DNA of 64,000 nt from Chloropicon primus (taxonomy: Eukaryota), in assembly GCA_023205875.1 (NCBI GenBank), contig CP060758.1, positions 434,001-498,000 of the forward strand, in the 5' to 3' direction. The notes under the pieces were generated by a model, which was not told the DNA's origin, did no database searches, and saw only the letters and a list, made by a program, of their open reading frames with translations. Shown piece after piece: positions 45,922 to 57,944 of the stretch. Made by a program: the position numbers and the translations under genes. Every line of letters begins with the position of its first letter. Position 1 is the stretch's first letter.

Positions 45922-47238
45922 ATGGCGACGTGGAAGGGCGTGAGGGGGTCCAGTGGGTGCCGAGGGGGGTCGGAGAGGATGGTGGCGCAGAGGTCAGTGC
46001 TCCGCCAGGGCGGAGGGAGGAGGAGGTTGGGTGCGGGGTCTTCCTTACCCTTGGGTTATGATCAGGGGAGGAGGGCCCACTCGCGAGGGGGGAGGAGGGA
46101 GACCGTGCGCGTGTGCATGGCAGCGGACTACTACGACAGGCTCGGGGTGAAGCGCGGGGCGAGCAAGAAGGAGATCAAGAACGCGTACAGGAAGCTTGCG
46201 AGGAAGTACCACCCGGACGTGAACAAGGAGGCGGACGCGGAGCAGAAGTTCAAGGACATCAGTAACGCGTACGAGGTTCTCAGCGACGACGAGAAGAAGC
46301 AGATTTACGACAGGTTCGGGGAGGCTGGCCTGAAGGGCAGCCCCTTCGGCCCGGGCGCGGGAGCCTCCGGCATGGACTTCAGCAACCCCTTTGATATTTT
46401 CGAGTCCTTCTTCGGCATGGGCGGGGGCGGCATGGGCGGGGGGATGGGAGGCATGGGCGGCGGAGGCGCGAGCATGCGCGACAGGCCCCAGCAGGGCGAG
46501 GACATCGTCGTCCGCGTCCGCCTGAGCTTCCTGGAGGCGGTGTTCGGCTGCGAGCAGGAGGTCGCCACCTCGAGGAGGGAGACGTGCGGTTCCTGCGACG
46601 GCTCGGGCATCCAGTCGGGCACCAAGCCAACGACGTGCTCCCAGTGCGGGGGCGCGGGCCAGGTCATCTCGGCAGTCAGGACGCCCATCGGCACCTTCCA
46701 GCAGTCCGTGCCCTGCAACGCCTGCGGGGGGAGCGGCAGAACCTTCACCCCCTGCAGCTCTTGCAACGGAAGCGCCAGGGTGATGAAGAACAAGACCCTG
46801 AGCGTGAGGTTCCCCGCCGGAGTGGACAACGGAAGCCGCCTCAGGGTGAGGGGCGAGGGCAACTCGGGGAGGAACGGCGGCAGGACGGGAGACCTGTACG
46901 TGGAGGTCGAAGTCGAGAGGGACGCTGAGCTCGAGAGGGACGGGGAGAACATCAAGAGCACTGTCACCGTGGGCTGCACGGATGCCATCCTTGGGACTTC
47001 GGTCAAGACAAGGACGGTGGACGGCTCGGTGGAGCTCAAGATCCCCGCGGGGACGCAGCCCGGAACCACCTTGCTCATGAGCAAGAGGGGGGTGCCGAGA
47101 TTGGGCAACCCCAACCTGAGGGGGGACCACCTCGTCAGGGTCAACGTCAAGATACCAAACAATCTCACCCCAGAGGAGAAGGAGAAGTTTGAAGAAATCC
47201 GGGAACTCTCGAACCAGCAAGTCAAGGTGAAGCAGTAA
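45922..47238 (+). CDS. DnaJ: Type I DnaJ chaperone, plastid-type
   Basis: J domain with HPD, G/F region, four CxxCxGxG-type repeats and a C-terminal domain. Confidence 0.95.
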   Translation: MATWKGVRGSSGCRGGSERMVAQRSVLRQGGGRRRLGAGSSLPLGYDQGRRAHSRGGRRETVRVCMAADYYDRLGVKRGASKKEIKNAYRKLARKYHPDVNKEADAEQKFKDISNAYEVLSDDEKKQIYDRFGEAGLKGSPFGPGAGASGMDFSNPFDIFESFFGMGGGGMGGGMGGMGGGGASMRDRPQQGEDIVVRVRLSFLEAVFGCEQEVATSRRETCGSCDGSGIQSGTKPTTCSQCGGAGQVISAVRTPIGTFQQSVPCNACGGSGRTFTPCSSCNGSARVMKNKTLSVRFPAGVDNGSRLRVRGEGNSGRNGGRTGDLYVEVEVERDAELERDGENIKSTVTVGCTDAILGTSVKTRTVDGSVELKIPAGTQPGTTLLMSKRGVPRLGNPNLRGDHLVRVNVKIPNNLTPEEKEKFEEIRELSNQQVKVKQ

Positions 47239-47697
47239 CTCTTCCCTGGACACACACACACACACACACACACGCACGCACGCAGAGAGAGAGAGAGAGA
47301 GAGAGATCAAAGATTTGTTCACCACCTCTCCCGAGTTGTGCTAGACTAGAGCAGCATCTAAATTCAACCATTTAAGTAAAACACGCCAACAGTCAATCGA
47401 ATCTTCTATATTCTTTAATAGCCCTCCCTCCTCTTCCTCTATTCCATCCATCACCCTGGCGTGAAAAGAGAAAGTGAAAGAGAAAGAGAGCGAAAGCTTG
47501 CCTTCCGTCTCCCGATCCTCTGCTAGACTAGAGCACAATCCATCCATCCAAACCCAAACCCAAACCATGCATTGAAGTCCATCTTCCAGCCGTTCCGTTC
47601 CACTTTCGACAGCTAGAGAGGAGCAGAGAGAGGAGAGGAGCAGAGAGGAGGTTGTGTTGTTCTTGCTGTGGTTGTCGGGCGTGTGGTGTGGGGAGGA

Positions 47698-48444
47698 ATG
47701 GCGTACGGGGGGTACGCGAACGGGACGCGTTTCAACCATCACAAGAAGCGGGAGAAGCGCGTGTGGAGGCGTGAGGACCACGGCCACCAGGACAAGCCTG
47801 AAGAGGACGGCCCTGGTCCTGGCCCTTCGAGCAAGGGGAAAGGGGGGAAGGGTTCGTCGTCCTCGGGTGGACTGAATGCGGAGGCGAGGCCATTCACGAG
47901 GCTGAGCGCCAAGGCGAAGCCGTTCGCGCCTTTGAACGGGAAGTTGGAGGAGATAGAGCGGAAGAAGAAGGAGCTGCAGGAGAAAATCAGGGCGAAGAAA
48001 CGAAAGTTGAAAGAGGACGAGGTGTTCAAGAAGAGGCAGCAGGCTCTGCGGGATGCTGCCAAGCAGTCACAAGACGTTGCCGAGAGGAGGGCCAAGATAG
48101 CGCGGCTCCAGGGTGGTTTCGAGAAGGTCAAGAAGCACATGGTGGACAAGGCCGGTGGACAAGACCAGAACCTTCCGGGGTCCTCCAACGCCCAAGCGTC
48201 CAACCTGAAGCCGACGAACAAGATCAAGGAGGTCACGAGGGAGGACGTGGCCCGCGTGCTGCACGCCTTGAACGACTACGATGTTCTCGAGGTCAACCTC
48301 GCGAGCGGCTCGTCTGAGATCAGGAAAAATTTTCTCAAGCTCTCGAGGGCCTTTCACCCCGACAAGTGCCGGGTGGATGGCAGCAAGGAAGCTTTCCAGA
48401 GGGTGAGCAAGGCATACACGAATCTCAAGAAGCAGCACTCGTAG
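47698..48444 (+). CDS. J-domain protein (C-terminal J) with tandem PAM2-like motifs
   Basis: DYDVLEV..FHPDKC..AFQRVSKAY; GLNAEARPFTRLSAKAKPFAP. Confidence 0.8.
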   Translation: MAYGGYANGTRFNHHKKREKRVWRREDHGHQDKPEEDGPGPGPSSKGKGGKGSSSSGGLNAEARPFTRLSAKAKPFAPLNGKLEEIERKKKELQEKIRAKKRKLKEDEVFKKRQQALRDAAKQSQDVAERRAKIARLQGGFEKVKKHMVDKAGGQDQNLPGSSNAQASNLKPTNKIKEVTREDVARVLHALNDYDVLEVNLASGSSEIRKNFLKLSRAFHPDKCRVDGSKEAFQRVSKAYTNLKKQHS

Positions 48445-48696
48445 ACCTTGCTCGGCCCGTGTACACAAAATTCTATTCTAGGATCAACTCTTTAACCTTT
48501 GTAATTCTTTACTTTTTGTTTCCATTACAACAATCAAATACCAATACGTTTTACTTTGTGAAGGTTACACGAGCGAGAGACCGCCAAGGTCCGAAAAAAT
48601 ATAGCATACAAAAGACTCTCTCTCAATCTCTCTCCCTCCCCCTCTCTCTCTGGCCAGGCAGAAGCGAGGTTCGCCTTGCAGGCCAACGGGCGTGCA

Positions 48697-49485
48697 TCAG
48701 TCGTCGCTCAAGTCCTTCCACACGGGAATAGACTCGGCCTTTGGCAAAGTGTACAGTCTGCTCACGAGTCCGATGCATTCCTCCATTTGCTCCAAGGACA
48801 CGTTGAACATTTCCCACCACGGCGGGTTGTCCGGGAGCAGGTGCCCCAGGCGCCGCGACGCCAACAAAATCATCGCGCAAGCCACCGTCTCTGGGTTGAA
48901 CCGCACGCAAGCCGTCGTCCTGAGGCTGTCGTTCAAGAGATTCCAGGCCTCTTGAGTCAGCTTGCTGCTCGCATTCAAGACCTGGGGCGACAGCAGCACA
49001 AGCACGAGCTTGTGAGGGTGCTCCACCTGTATGCTGAACCCGAACTCTCTCAGCATGTACCTCTCCGCCACGGTCACGTTCGCCTTCCAGTTGGAGAAGA
49101 TCGGATCCGAGTACTCGAGCGGAGTGAGGGGGAGGCCCTTCCTCCTCCTCTCGATCCGGTAAAACACTTGCAGTATCCATCGAAGGGCCCGAGGGGTCTC
49201 TTCCAGCTTCGAGGCCAGCCAGACCGCTGCCATAGCCGCGAAGTCCACCTTGAAGTCAACAAAGGACCTCTTTATGTAGAACCGCTGAAAGATGACTTGC
49301 GCAGTGGCACAAGCCTGTTGCGGCAGCTTCAGGAGCTGCCCCGCCTGCTGTATGATCTCCGACCCATAAACCCTCAGCATGACCTCGTCCTCCCTCGACA
49401 CGCCGTCCCTCCTGCTTTCGCTGTCTTCCACATACTCCTTCGGGACCACGAAAGCGAAGCGATCCCGCTTCCTCCCGGACGACAT
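48697..49485 (-). CDS. CYCL1: Cyclin L1-like
   Basis: LRVYGSEIIQQAGQLLKLPQ..ATAQVIFQRFY, WLASKLEE, VEHPHK, AWNLLNDSLRT. Confidence 0.85.
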   Translation of the reverse strand: MSSGRKRDRFAFVVPKEYVEDSESRRDGVSREDEVMLRVYGSEIIQQAGQLLKLPQQACATAQVIFQRFYIKRSFVDFKVDFAAMAAVWLASKLEETPRALRWILQVFYRIERRRKGLPLTPLEYSDPIFSNWKANVTVAERYMLREFGFSIQVEHPHKLVLVLLSPQVLNASSKLTQEAWNLLNDSLRTTACVRFNPETVACAMILLASRRLGHLLPDNPPWWEMFNVSLEQMEECIGLVSRLYTLPKAESIPVWKDLSDD

Positions 49486-50075
49486 GGATGAAAGCGGCTT
49501 CAGATTCCCCCAGCTACGGAACCTCCTGACCCGCTTCACGACACCTCTCTACTTCCCAGGACCTTCGACAAGCCCTGGCGCACCCTTCTTCGCTACCTCC
49601 TCTCTCTCTCTCTCTCCAACCGACAGAACGATCGTTCTTCCTCTCCCAAAACAAGTGATCCCGGGGCCAAATCCTCCGTCCGATGGCACCACAGAAAGCC
49701 CGAGAGACGCCCTTTCGTCCTGTGCCTCCTCTTTTCCCCCTCCTCGCCTCTCCCGTCCTCCAACCGACGCCAACACCAAAGCCTCTGCTCTGCTCCTGCC
49801 GAAGCCAAGCGAAAGGAGAAGGTTTTGGTTTAGGGGGATCACTCTCGTCGCCACGTGACAGAAAGGGCTGCGGAGCGGAGTCGCTTCGATACGAGCGAAG
49901 GAGGCCAGGGACGAGGACGGAGTTAGTGACTGGACGAAAGAGCATTTCGAGATCTTTCCGTCGGTAGGTTGGTCGACGGGTTTGGGTTCCGGAACAAGTG
50001 GGACGAGGGACGGAAGAAGAAGGATCTCATCTCAATCATCTTGATTGTGGTGGATCCCAAACCAGCAAGAGGAGG

Positions 50076-51249
50076 ATGGTTGTTGCAGTGTTAGCGACTC
50101 GAGGAAGGTCTGCAGCGAGTTTGGTGCATCGTAGGGAAGCTTCTTCTTCTCTTGTTGTCCGTGGGAGAGTTTCGGGACGGCGGGGTCGCCACAACGGCAA
50201 ACCTTTTTCTCAGAGTATGAGTATGGATCCGAGGGTGGGAAGAGTCGAGGCCGAGGGAGGGGCGGGGATGAGGATGAAGGGGACTCGGGAGGATCAGAGT
50301 TCGGCGACATCGCGGGACTTGCTGGTGATCGGGCCAGGCGTGCTCGGCAGGCTCTTCGCGAGCAAGTGGAAAGAGGTAAGTGGACAGACAGAAGGGTGGA
50401 GAAGAAGAAGGGTGTTCGTTTGGCTGCAGGGGCTGGGCTGACACGGTGGCTCTCGCTTTCGTTTTCGGGAATGGAAAGGAGAATGCGAGTGCAAGGTTGG
50501 TGGGCGAGACGGCAACGAACTTGAACCACGAGGAGCTCAAGGAGGTTGGCTGCTTTGATGGGATACGGACGAGGGAGGATGCGACGACGGACGAGGGAAA
50601 GTTTCCATTCGTATTGTTCTCTGCCCCTCCTTCTGGAAGCGAGAATTACTTGGAGGAAGTTGAGCGAGCTGCCAGCAAGTGGGACGGGACGGGCTGCTTC
50701 CTGTTCACGGGCAGCGCCGCGGTGTATGACTTGGAGCACGGAGAGTGCACCGAGGTCTCCAAGATCAAAGAGATGGGTAGCAGCGAGAGGACTGACAGGC
50801 TCTTGAACTGCGAGAATGCCGTCCTTGGCAAAGGTGGCAGTGTGGCGAGGCTGGTCGGGCTCTACCACTCCAAGAGGGGGGCCCACATGTACTTCCTGAA
50901 GATACAAAACGTGCCGAGGTGGGGAGACAGCGTGATCAACCTGATCCACTACGAGGACGCGGCCGACTTGTGTTACAGCATCATGACCGGGGAGCGCAAG
51001 GGCGAGGTTTTCTTGGGCTGCGACAGCAATCCGATATCCTTCCAGAAGATGATGGACGCGACTCTCATGAGCGGGGAGTACACCGGGCACTTCAAGTTCA
51101 CGGGCGAAGAGCAAGAGTTCGCGGGAAAGCTCGCCAGCAACAACCAAACGAGGGAAGCACTTGGCTGGAAGCCAAAGTTCGAGAGCTTTGAGTCCTTCAT
51201 GAGTGCGGGAGCGAGGGACAAATTCTCCGGCTTGTCCGAGGAGAGGTGA
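50076..51249 (+). CDS. Plastid NAD(P)-binding epimerase/dehydratase-like protein; intron about 50376-50478
   Basis: LLVIGPGVLG, FSAPPSG, RLVGLY, INLIHYEDAA, LGWKPKF. Confidence 0.8.
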
Positions 51250-51338
51250 TCGGTCTTTCTTCTCCTTGGCCCTGACGACGACGGGGGCGAAAAAAAAAGC
51301 GCGCTAAGGGGTTCTCTTTAACTTATAATGAACTTTGC

Positions 51339-52520
51339 TTATTTTCCCTTTCCTACGTTGAACTTGAAGAAGATAACGTCTCCATCCCCAACGACGTAGT
51401 TCTTTCCTTCTTGCCTGTACTTTCCAGCTGCCTTGACGGCACTCTCTGTGCCGGCCTCCCTCAGCTCGTCGTACTTCATGACCTCGGCACAGATGAAACC
51501 CTTCTCGAAATCGGTGTGAATGGTTCCTGCGGCCTGTGGGGCTTTGCAGCCCTGGCGAATTTGCCAGCACTTGACCTCGTCCGGGCCGGCAGTGAAGAAG
51601 TAGATCAAGTTAATGGCGGCAAACCCGGTCTTGACGATCTTGTCCAAGCAAGAGGTCAGCTTGTTCTCCTCGAGATAGGCCTTTCCTTCGTCCTCTGGCA
51701 TGTCGATAAGCATGCTTTCAAGGGCCCCGCTGTAAGGGATCATCACGTCGCCAGGAGAGTTGGCCTGGATCCACTCATGAATCTTCATCAGCCACTTGTT
51801 CTTCTTGCGCTTGTAGTCCTTCTCGCTCAGGTTGACCAAGAAAACGACGGGCTTGGCGGTCAGGAAGCCGTGGGTGTTCAGGTAGTCGACCTCCTTCCCG
51901 GTCCAGGTCTGCTTCCTGATCTCCTTCCCGGACTCCAGGGTCTCCTTGATCTTGTTGCACATCGCGATCTCCTCCTCCTGCTCCTTCTTCACTCCCCCCC
52001 TCGTCTTCTTCGACACATCCTCCAGGTGGGCCGTGATCCTCGCGAGGTCCTTGGCCAAGAGCTCCCCCGCAATGATCTCAATGTCCTCCACGGGGTTGAT
52101 GCGGTCCTCCACGTGAGTCACCTCCGTGTCGTCGAACGCCCTCAGCACGTGGAAGATCCCGTCCACGGCGGAGATGTTCGAAAGGAACGCGTTACCGAGC
52201 CCAGCCCCCTCCGCTGCTCCTTTCACGAGACCCGCGATGTCCACAACCTCCAAGAACGCCGGCACCTTGCTCTTCGGCTTGTACGTTTCGATCAGCCAGT
52301 TGTAACGCTCGTCCGGCACGTTCACCCTCGCCGAGTTCGGTTCGATCGTGCAAAACGGGAAGTTTTCCGCTGGCACTTGACACTTTGTCATGGTGTTGAA
52401 CAGGGTGCTCTTTCCCACGTTTGGCAGACCCACTATCCCTATCTTCAAGTGAGAGCTAAACCTTCCAAGCATCGGCTTGGCCTCCTCCTCTCCCTTTCCC
52501 TTTCCTTTCTTCGGTGGCAT
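51339..52520 (-). CDS. OLA1: Obg-like ATPase 1 (YchF)
   Basis: [41 protein letters not shown]. Confidence 0.96.
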   Translation of the reverse strand: MPPKKGKGKGEEEAKPMLGRFSSHLKIGIVGLPNVGKSTLFNTMTKCQVPAENFPFCTIEPNSARVNVPDERYNWLIETYKPKSKVPAFLEVVDIAGLVKGAAEGAGLGNAFLSNISAVDGIFHVLRAFDDTEVTHVEDRINPVEDIEIIAGELLAKDLARITAHLEDVSKKTRGGVKKEQEEEIAMCNKIKETLESGKEIRKQTWTGKEVDYLNTHGFLTAKPVVFLVNLSEKDYKRKKNKWLMKIHEWIQANSPGDVMIPYSGALESMLIDMPEDEGKAYLEENKLTSCLDKIVKTGFAAINLIYFFTAGPDEVKCWQIRQGCKAPQAAGTIHTDFEKGFICAEVMKYDELREAGTESAVKAAGKYRQEGKNYVVGDGDVIFFKFNVGKGK

Positions 52521-52723
52521 CTTCTGAAAAAAAAATATTAGATATCTACTTCTATGATATCAAACTCACTCCTCTCTCCTCTCCTCTCGCTCGTCTCTCT
52601 CTCTCTCTCTCTCGTGTCTCTCTCGCGCGCGCGCTCCTCTCGGCGGCGTCGTCCTTCGCGTTCTTTCGGTCTCCAGAAAAGAAGAGAGAGAGAGAGAGAG
52701 AGAGACGATCGATCGATCGGCGC

Positions 52724-53095
52724 GACGACAGGTGAGTGAGGGAGGGAGGGGAGGGGAGGGAGGCGAGGGATTGGACTGAACTGGGAGGAACATCGTGTCG
52801 TCTTGTTGGCTCTTTGTTTTGGTTTGTTTTGGTTTGGTTTGGTTTGGTTTGGTTTGGTTTGGTTTGGTTTGGTTTGGTTTGGATGGAGCAGAGAACAAAA
52901 ACGGGACCCGGAACGACAGGTGAGTGAGGGAGGACGAGAACGAGAACGACGAGGAGGAGGGAGGCGAGGGATTGGACTGAACTGGGAGGAACATCGTGTC
53001 GTCTTGTTGGCTCTGGCTCTTCGTTTCGTTTTGGCTTGGTTTGGTTTGGAACAGAGAACAAAAACGACCCGGAACGACAGGTGAGGGGAGGACGA
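52724..53095 (+). repeat. About 2.3 tandem copies of a 160-190-bp unit carrying a 5' splice-site motif and (GGTTT)n
   Basis: ACGACAG|GTGAG with the GT at 52732, 52920 and 53081. GATTGGACTGAACTGGGAGGAACATCGTGTCGTCTTGTTGGCTCT occurs twice. Confidence 0.85.
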
Positions 53096-53406
53096 GGAGG
53101 AGGTGAAGGTCAAGTGAAGGAATGGCTGGCTGACTCGCCGCTCTCTCTCTCTCGCTCGCTCTCTCTCTCTCTCTCTCTTTATGTGTGTGTGTGTGTGTTT
53201 TCTGGATGCTGTTGTTTTGGCTTGCTCGTGTTGGCTTGTGTTGTTCTTTGGATCGACAACGACGACAGCTGTGCGTTTGGAACGGGATCAAGGTAGTGTG
53301 TTTTTTTTGTGCCGCCTCCGGAGAGAGTATGAGGACGAAGAGGGGGAGCATAAGGGGCGGGGATGTCAATCCTTACACGGGCGACCTTCGCTTGAGGGGA
53401 GGAATC

Positions 53407-53787
53407 ATGGTGAAAGTGAAGACATTGACGGGCAAAGAGATAGAGGTCGACATCGAGCTCACCGACACGGTCGAGAGGATCAAGGAGAGAGTGGAGGAGA
53501 AGGAGGGGATCCCCCCGCCTCAGCAGAGGCTCATCTTCGCGGGAAAGCAGATGAACGACGCAAAGACGGCCAAGGAGTACAACATCGAGGGAGGCTCCGT
53601 GTTGCACCTGGTAAGAGGAAGCGGCTTCGCACCCCGCACCCACCCCTCGGCGGGTTCTCCCTTTCCCCCTGCCCTCGTTCTTCGACGCCGTCGTCTCCTT
53701 TTTTCTCTTCTTTTCTCGCGTCTCTGACTCTCGCTGCCCTCGCCTCGAGCAACGCAGGTCCTTGCCCTCCGCGGAGGCCGTGCCTGA
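53407..53787 (+). CDS. RUB1: NEDD8/RUB ubiquitin-like protein; intron 53611-53757
   Basis: [57 protein letters not shown]. Confidence 0.93.
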
Positions 53788-53822
53788 ACTTGCACAAGGG
53801 GAAGGCCTTCTGAGTGCGGTTT

Positions 53823-53949
53823 CCGACGAAACTGGCTTCGATGGAGATGCCCGGGCCTTGCCCCGACGAAACTGGCTTCGATGGAGATGCCTGGGCCTTG
53901 CCCCGACGAAACTGGCTTCGATGGAGATGCCTGGGCCTTGCCCCGACGA
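53823..53949. repeat. 40-bp tandem repeat x3
   Basis: CCGACGAAACTGGCTTCGATGGAGATGCCYGGGCCTTGCC at 53823, 53863 and 53903. Confidence 0.95.
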
Positions 53950-54403
53950 CACGCGCCTCCCACTCCGTGTAATCTAAGTAGAATTGTTTAGCGGCGAAGA
54001 CTCTCTGGCCTCCACGATGTCCGATCCTACCCTCTCAAGAAGCGATGGAGCTTCGTTTAGGAACCTCGTGTCCGTGTCACGGGGCAACACACGGGCGAGC
54101 GAGCACTTCCCAGACCCTCCCCTTCCCCCCAATGGAATGGAGCGGGTGGATGGACGGACAAAAGCAGCGGTCAGTTTCGCGAAAAAGATGCAACACGTCC
54201 CGGGAGCCGGATGAAGGAGCAGGAGGGACGCACAACGCGCACCGTGGTGCATGCATGCATGCATTGTGTGTACGTGCCTCCATCCCTCCCCCGTGCTCCC
54301 CCTCGGCATGTCCTGTCCATGGGACCACATCCCCCATAGAGTGCATCACACCGCGTGAAAATCGGGGCGGGCGTTACGGGGGAGGTCCCGGCCAAACGGC
54401 CAG

Positions 54404-54443
<40 letters not shown>

Positions 54444-54577
54444 TGCGCTTGGGTGTGAAGGACGAGGAACTCGTTCGCTGGGTTTTGCCTCCTTCCTCTT
54501 TTTCTTTTTGAACCTTCGTCGTTCGTTTTTGTTGTTGCTCTTTCTTTGTTTTGGACCCGATCGAGGAGGAGCAGGAG

Positions 54578-54860
54578 ATGAACTTCTCGAAGGCCTTTGG
54601 GTGCGGGAGGATCACCCCGTCGCTCGAGGACGGGACGGCCGAGGAGACGTTCATGAAAGGCCTCGAGGCCGTCCAGCGGCACGGAGACAACGCGGACTGG
54701 AAGTCGGTCGCCAAGTACTACTTGAGGGCGGCGAACGAGGTAAGAGAGAGAGTGTGGGTGGGTGGGTGGGCTGGGCTGGGGGGCTGGGCACAAGACGACG
54801 CTAGACGACGCCGCGAGCATTGTTCCTGATTTTGATTTCTGACGCGCATCGATGGTCTCA

Positions 54861-54900
<40 letters not shown>

Positions 54901-55806
54901 TGCCAGGGCCTCCCGGAGGCGTGCTGCAACCTCGGAGTCTGCTACGCGACGGGGAGGGGCGTCCCCCAGAGCGCGGAGCAGGCGGCTCACTGGTACCACA
55001 TCGCCGCGGAGAAGGGCCTTCCCCGGGCCCAGTCCAACCTCGCGGGCTGCTACGCGTCGGGCCGAGGGATCCAGCAGGACTGGGCCCTCGCGGCGATGTG
55101 GTTCCAGAAAGCCGCGGAGGCCGGCGACGGCGCCGCGGCGTGCAGCTTGGGGGCGATGCACGCGGAGGGCAAGGGCGTGGTCCACGACGGCGCCGCGGCC
55201 GCCTACTGGTTCCACAAGGCGGCGAAGCTCGGGCTCCACGCGGCCATGTTCAACCTCGCGCTGTGCTACGAGCAGGGCACCGGGTGCGACGCCCACCCCG
55301 TCAAGGCGGTGTACTGGTACCTCAGGGCGGCGAGGGGGAGCACCTCCCTGGCCAACCTGTCCTCGGAGCGGGTGGCTCAGCTCAGGCAGGAGTTCAACGT
55401 CGACGTGAGCCAGGCTTCCGAGATGGAGCTCCTGGACGACGACGGGGACTTTGCGCTCGCCGTGGGGCGGACCGTGACGAACGAGTCGAGGTCGTCCCGC
55501 AACAACAACAACAACAACAACAGTAGCAACTTCCTCGAGTCTTACTGGGCGGAGGAGCAGGACCCGATGCAGCCCTCGCCCCAGGACTGCGCCATCAGCA
55601 TGGAGAGGGACCAGGTCTGCATCGACAAGCTGGGGAGGCTGAGGACGAAAATGTCCCCCCTCTCCGAGGAGGAGGAGGAGGAGGCGGGGGGCGGGAGGTC
55701 CAAGTCGAACTTCTCCTCGTGGCTCCTCTTCTCCGGGATGGTGCTCGGGTTCAGGAAGGACGTCAGGAGGCAGAGGGGCAGGGACGCGGCGCGCCCCAGG
55801 AGTTGA
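54578..55806 (+). CDS. Sel1-like repeat protein; intron 54740-54906
   Basis: Repeated A..NLG.CY..G.GV....A..WY..AA..G units; phase-0 intron; start uncertain. Confidence 0.85.
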
Positions 55807-56177
55807 GAGAAGGGGTGGTTAGGTAGATCGAGCGGCAAAGGAACGAACGAACGACAACGGGACGAAAGAACTAACGAACGACGACTGTAGATGATGATTG
55901 GGGTGGTTGGTTTGTGGAATTTTTATTTATTCGTTACTATTTATTTATTGTTGTTTTGGTGGAGGAATGTTTTTTCTTTTTTTTTCGAGCGAATCACTGT
56001 GTCTTCAGCCGTTTCTCAAGAGCTGCTCACATTGGTAAAGTCGTCGTCTCCAGCGAGTCCTTTGCTCCTATCATCCTTGACCCATCTCAGGACGAACTGG
56101 GTTGTGACGGGAGGAGGCAAGCTTGATGTTCTCAAGCGGGCTCGAAGCCGGGGTTGCGCTGTGATTTGGGAGTATCT

Positions 56178-56901
56178 GAGGTCACCTTCACATTCTGCAG
56201 TGGTTGCGAAGCCAGGACCCGCCTTGTGATCTTCAACACAAGTGGACTTGTTCTGAGGCAGCTCGAGGAGGTCTCCCCTCCACGCCTTCGTCGTCGTCCA
56301 TTCTCTCTCGTTTGTTCGCCACCACCGCCGTCTTGAGGCCGTTCCTTTCGTGCTGCTCCTCGTGCTGCTCCCGCTTCTTCCACGCTCGTCCTCGTCGCCT
56401 CCCGTTGCTTTGTTTCCCTCTCGCGCGGCCGTTACGGTTTTTTCCCTTCCGAAGGGATTCGATTCGGGATTCGAGGGATTCGAGGGCGAGGAGACCTTTG
56501 TGGAGGGCTAGCGGGCGCGGTAGGGCGACCCAGGCGCCATGGGAGGGCTCGTTGGATTGGAAGCGTCTCGACCCGGTGAGAGACGGGGCAAAAAAAAAGC
56601 GTCTTGAGAGCCGGGTATACTAACCAGACTATACTACGTGGGATTGCAGTGAGTGTACTGTTACACTGCGTAGTTGGGAAGCGGAATTCTTCCCACGCCG
56701 GGACTCGAACCCGGGTCGCCCGGGTACAACGAACGCTGTAGTCGATTCGTGGACAACTGTAAAAAAAATGCGGAAATGCACTAGATGTATCACTGTTCTA
56801 TAAGAGACGTTATCCCGCAATTTCCATTTAGGAAATCTCGCCCTCACAAGGGGATACCTACAGATTTGAGTTGTGGAAATGTTGAGTATTTCAAATATGA
56901 A
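56178..56901. repeat. Left arm of a ~724-bp inverted repeat
   Basis: Reverse complement of 58900-59624. The ORF-track translations 56204-56623(+) and 59179-59598(-) are identical. I see one substitution and one 1-nt indel near 56761-56775. Confidence 0.95.
56605..56724 (-). tRNA. Circularly permuted tRNA-Glu(CUC), copy 1 (3' half 56690-56724; 5' half 56605-56643)
   Basis: Exact reverse complement of the copy at 59078-59197. Confidence 0.88.
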
Positions 56902-56903
56902 CG

Positions 56904-57044
56904 ACTTCGAGTCTTACTCTTGCTGGGCTCTCGGAGAGCTCTGTCTGGTACGGCTGGGCCTTCCTCTTCGTTGTTGGTCAGATTGTATGTTGGCCGCTTG
57001 GCTTCTACGTGCGCAAGCTGCCAATCCTGAACAAGATGTTCTAA
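56904..57044 (+). pseudogene. Orphan C-terminal fragment of a membrane protein (acyltransferase-3-like)
   Basis: ..VWYGWAFLFVVGQIVCWPLGFYVRKLPILNKMF* begins at the arm boundary with no start codon. Confidence 0.4.
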
Positions 57045-57442
57045 CAAGAAGATATCGACAAGCAACACTATGTACAGTTATAATCAAGGTGTGCGCGCTG
57101 TCGTGTATCCCCTCCCAATGCCTTTCCCTTGCCTCCATCCATCCCTATATTACCATGCTGGAGGAGAGGAGGGATCGTGATGGCCTCCACCTATGTTGTG
57201 ATTCCTTCCTCCTGCTATTTTCCGTAGAGCCTCACACTTGATGGGAGAAAGGAATCAGAGGATAATTGATTGATTGATTGGTTCACACACAAGACGCAAA
57301 CCACTCACTCACTCACTCACTCTCTGTGATTGAGCTCATGGATGATCAAGCGGACAGAAGCTGACACAGGGGCTTCAAGAGAGAGAGAGAGAGAGAGGAT
57401 CTTATCTCTCCCTTAATCCTCATCCTGATCCTCATCACCGCC

Positions 57443-57478
<36 letters not shown>

Positions 57479-57944
57479 TGATCACCATCTTCCCGCCAAA
57501 CAGATCACCATCCAGATCGCCACGAAGACGAAGCGGACGACGAAGGGATCCGCTCTGCGCAAGGGCGAGGAGGGCGATGGTGGAGGACGACCTGGACGAC
57601 CTGAACTTCGACTTGGAGTCCCCCTTCGATGCTGCCAAGTCCAAGCACGGCTGTGTCGTTTCCCGCGTCCTCGGGGGCGACGCCAAAACGACAAAGGCCA
57701 AGGCATCCAGCAGTGATGCCTGCGAAGGGATGGGAGGAGGAGCGGGACCCGATGCAGCCCCAGGACTGCGCGGCGAAAGAGAGAGACAAGGAGAGAGACG
57801 GAGGACAAGAAGGAAGGAAGCGACTTCTTTTCTTCTTTCGAACGAGCCGTCCCACGAAAGAGACGGCGGTCTGGCGAGAGGACGAACGAGAGGGCGAACG
57901 AGAGAGAGAGAGAGAAACGAAACGCACGCTCATGGAGGAGACGA

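Noticed and set aside
56204..56623. Duplicated 139-aa ORF (also 59179-59598) as a real gene
   Set aside because: It starts at TTG inside an ankyrin relic and continues into low-complexity sequence; the identity simply reflects the inverted repeat.
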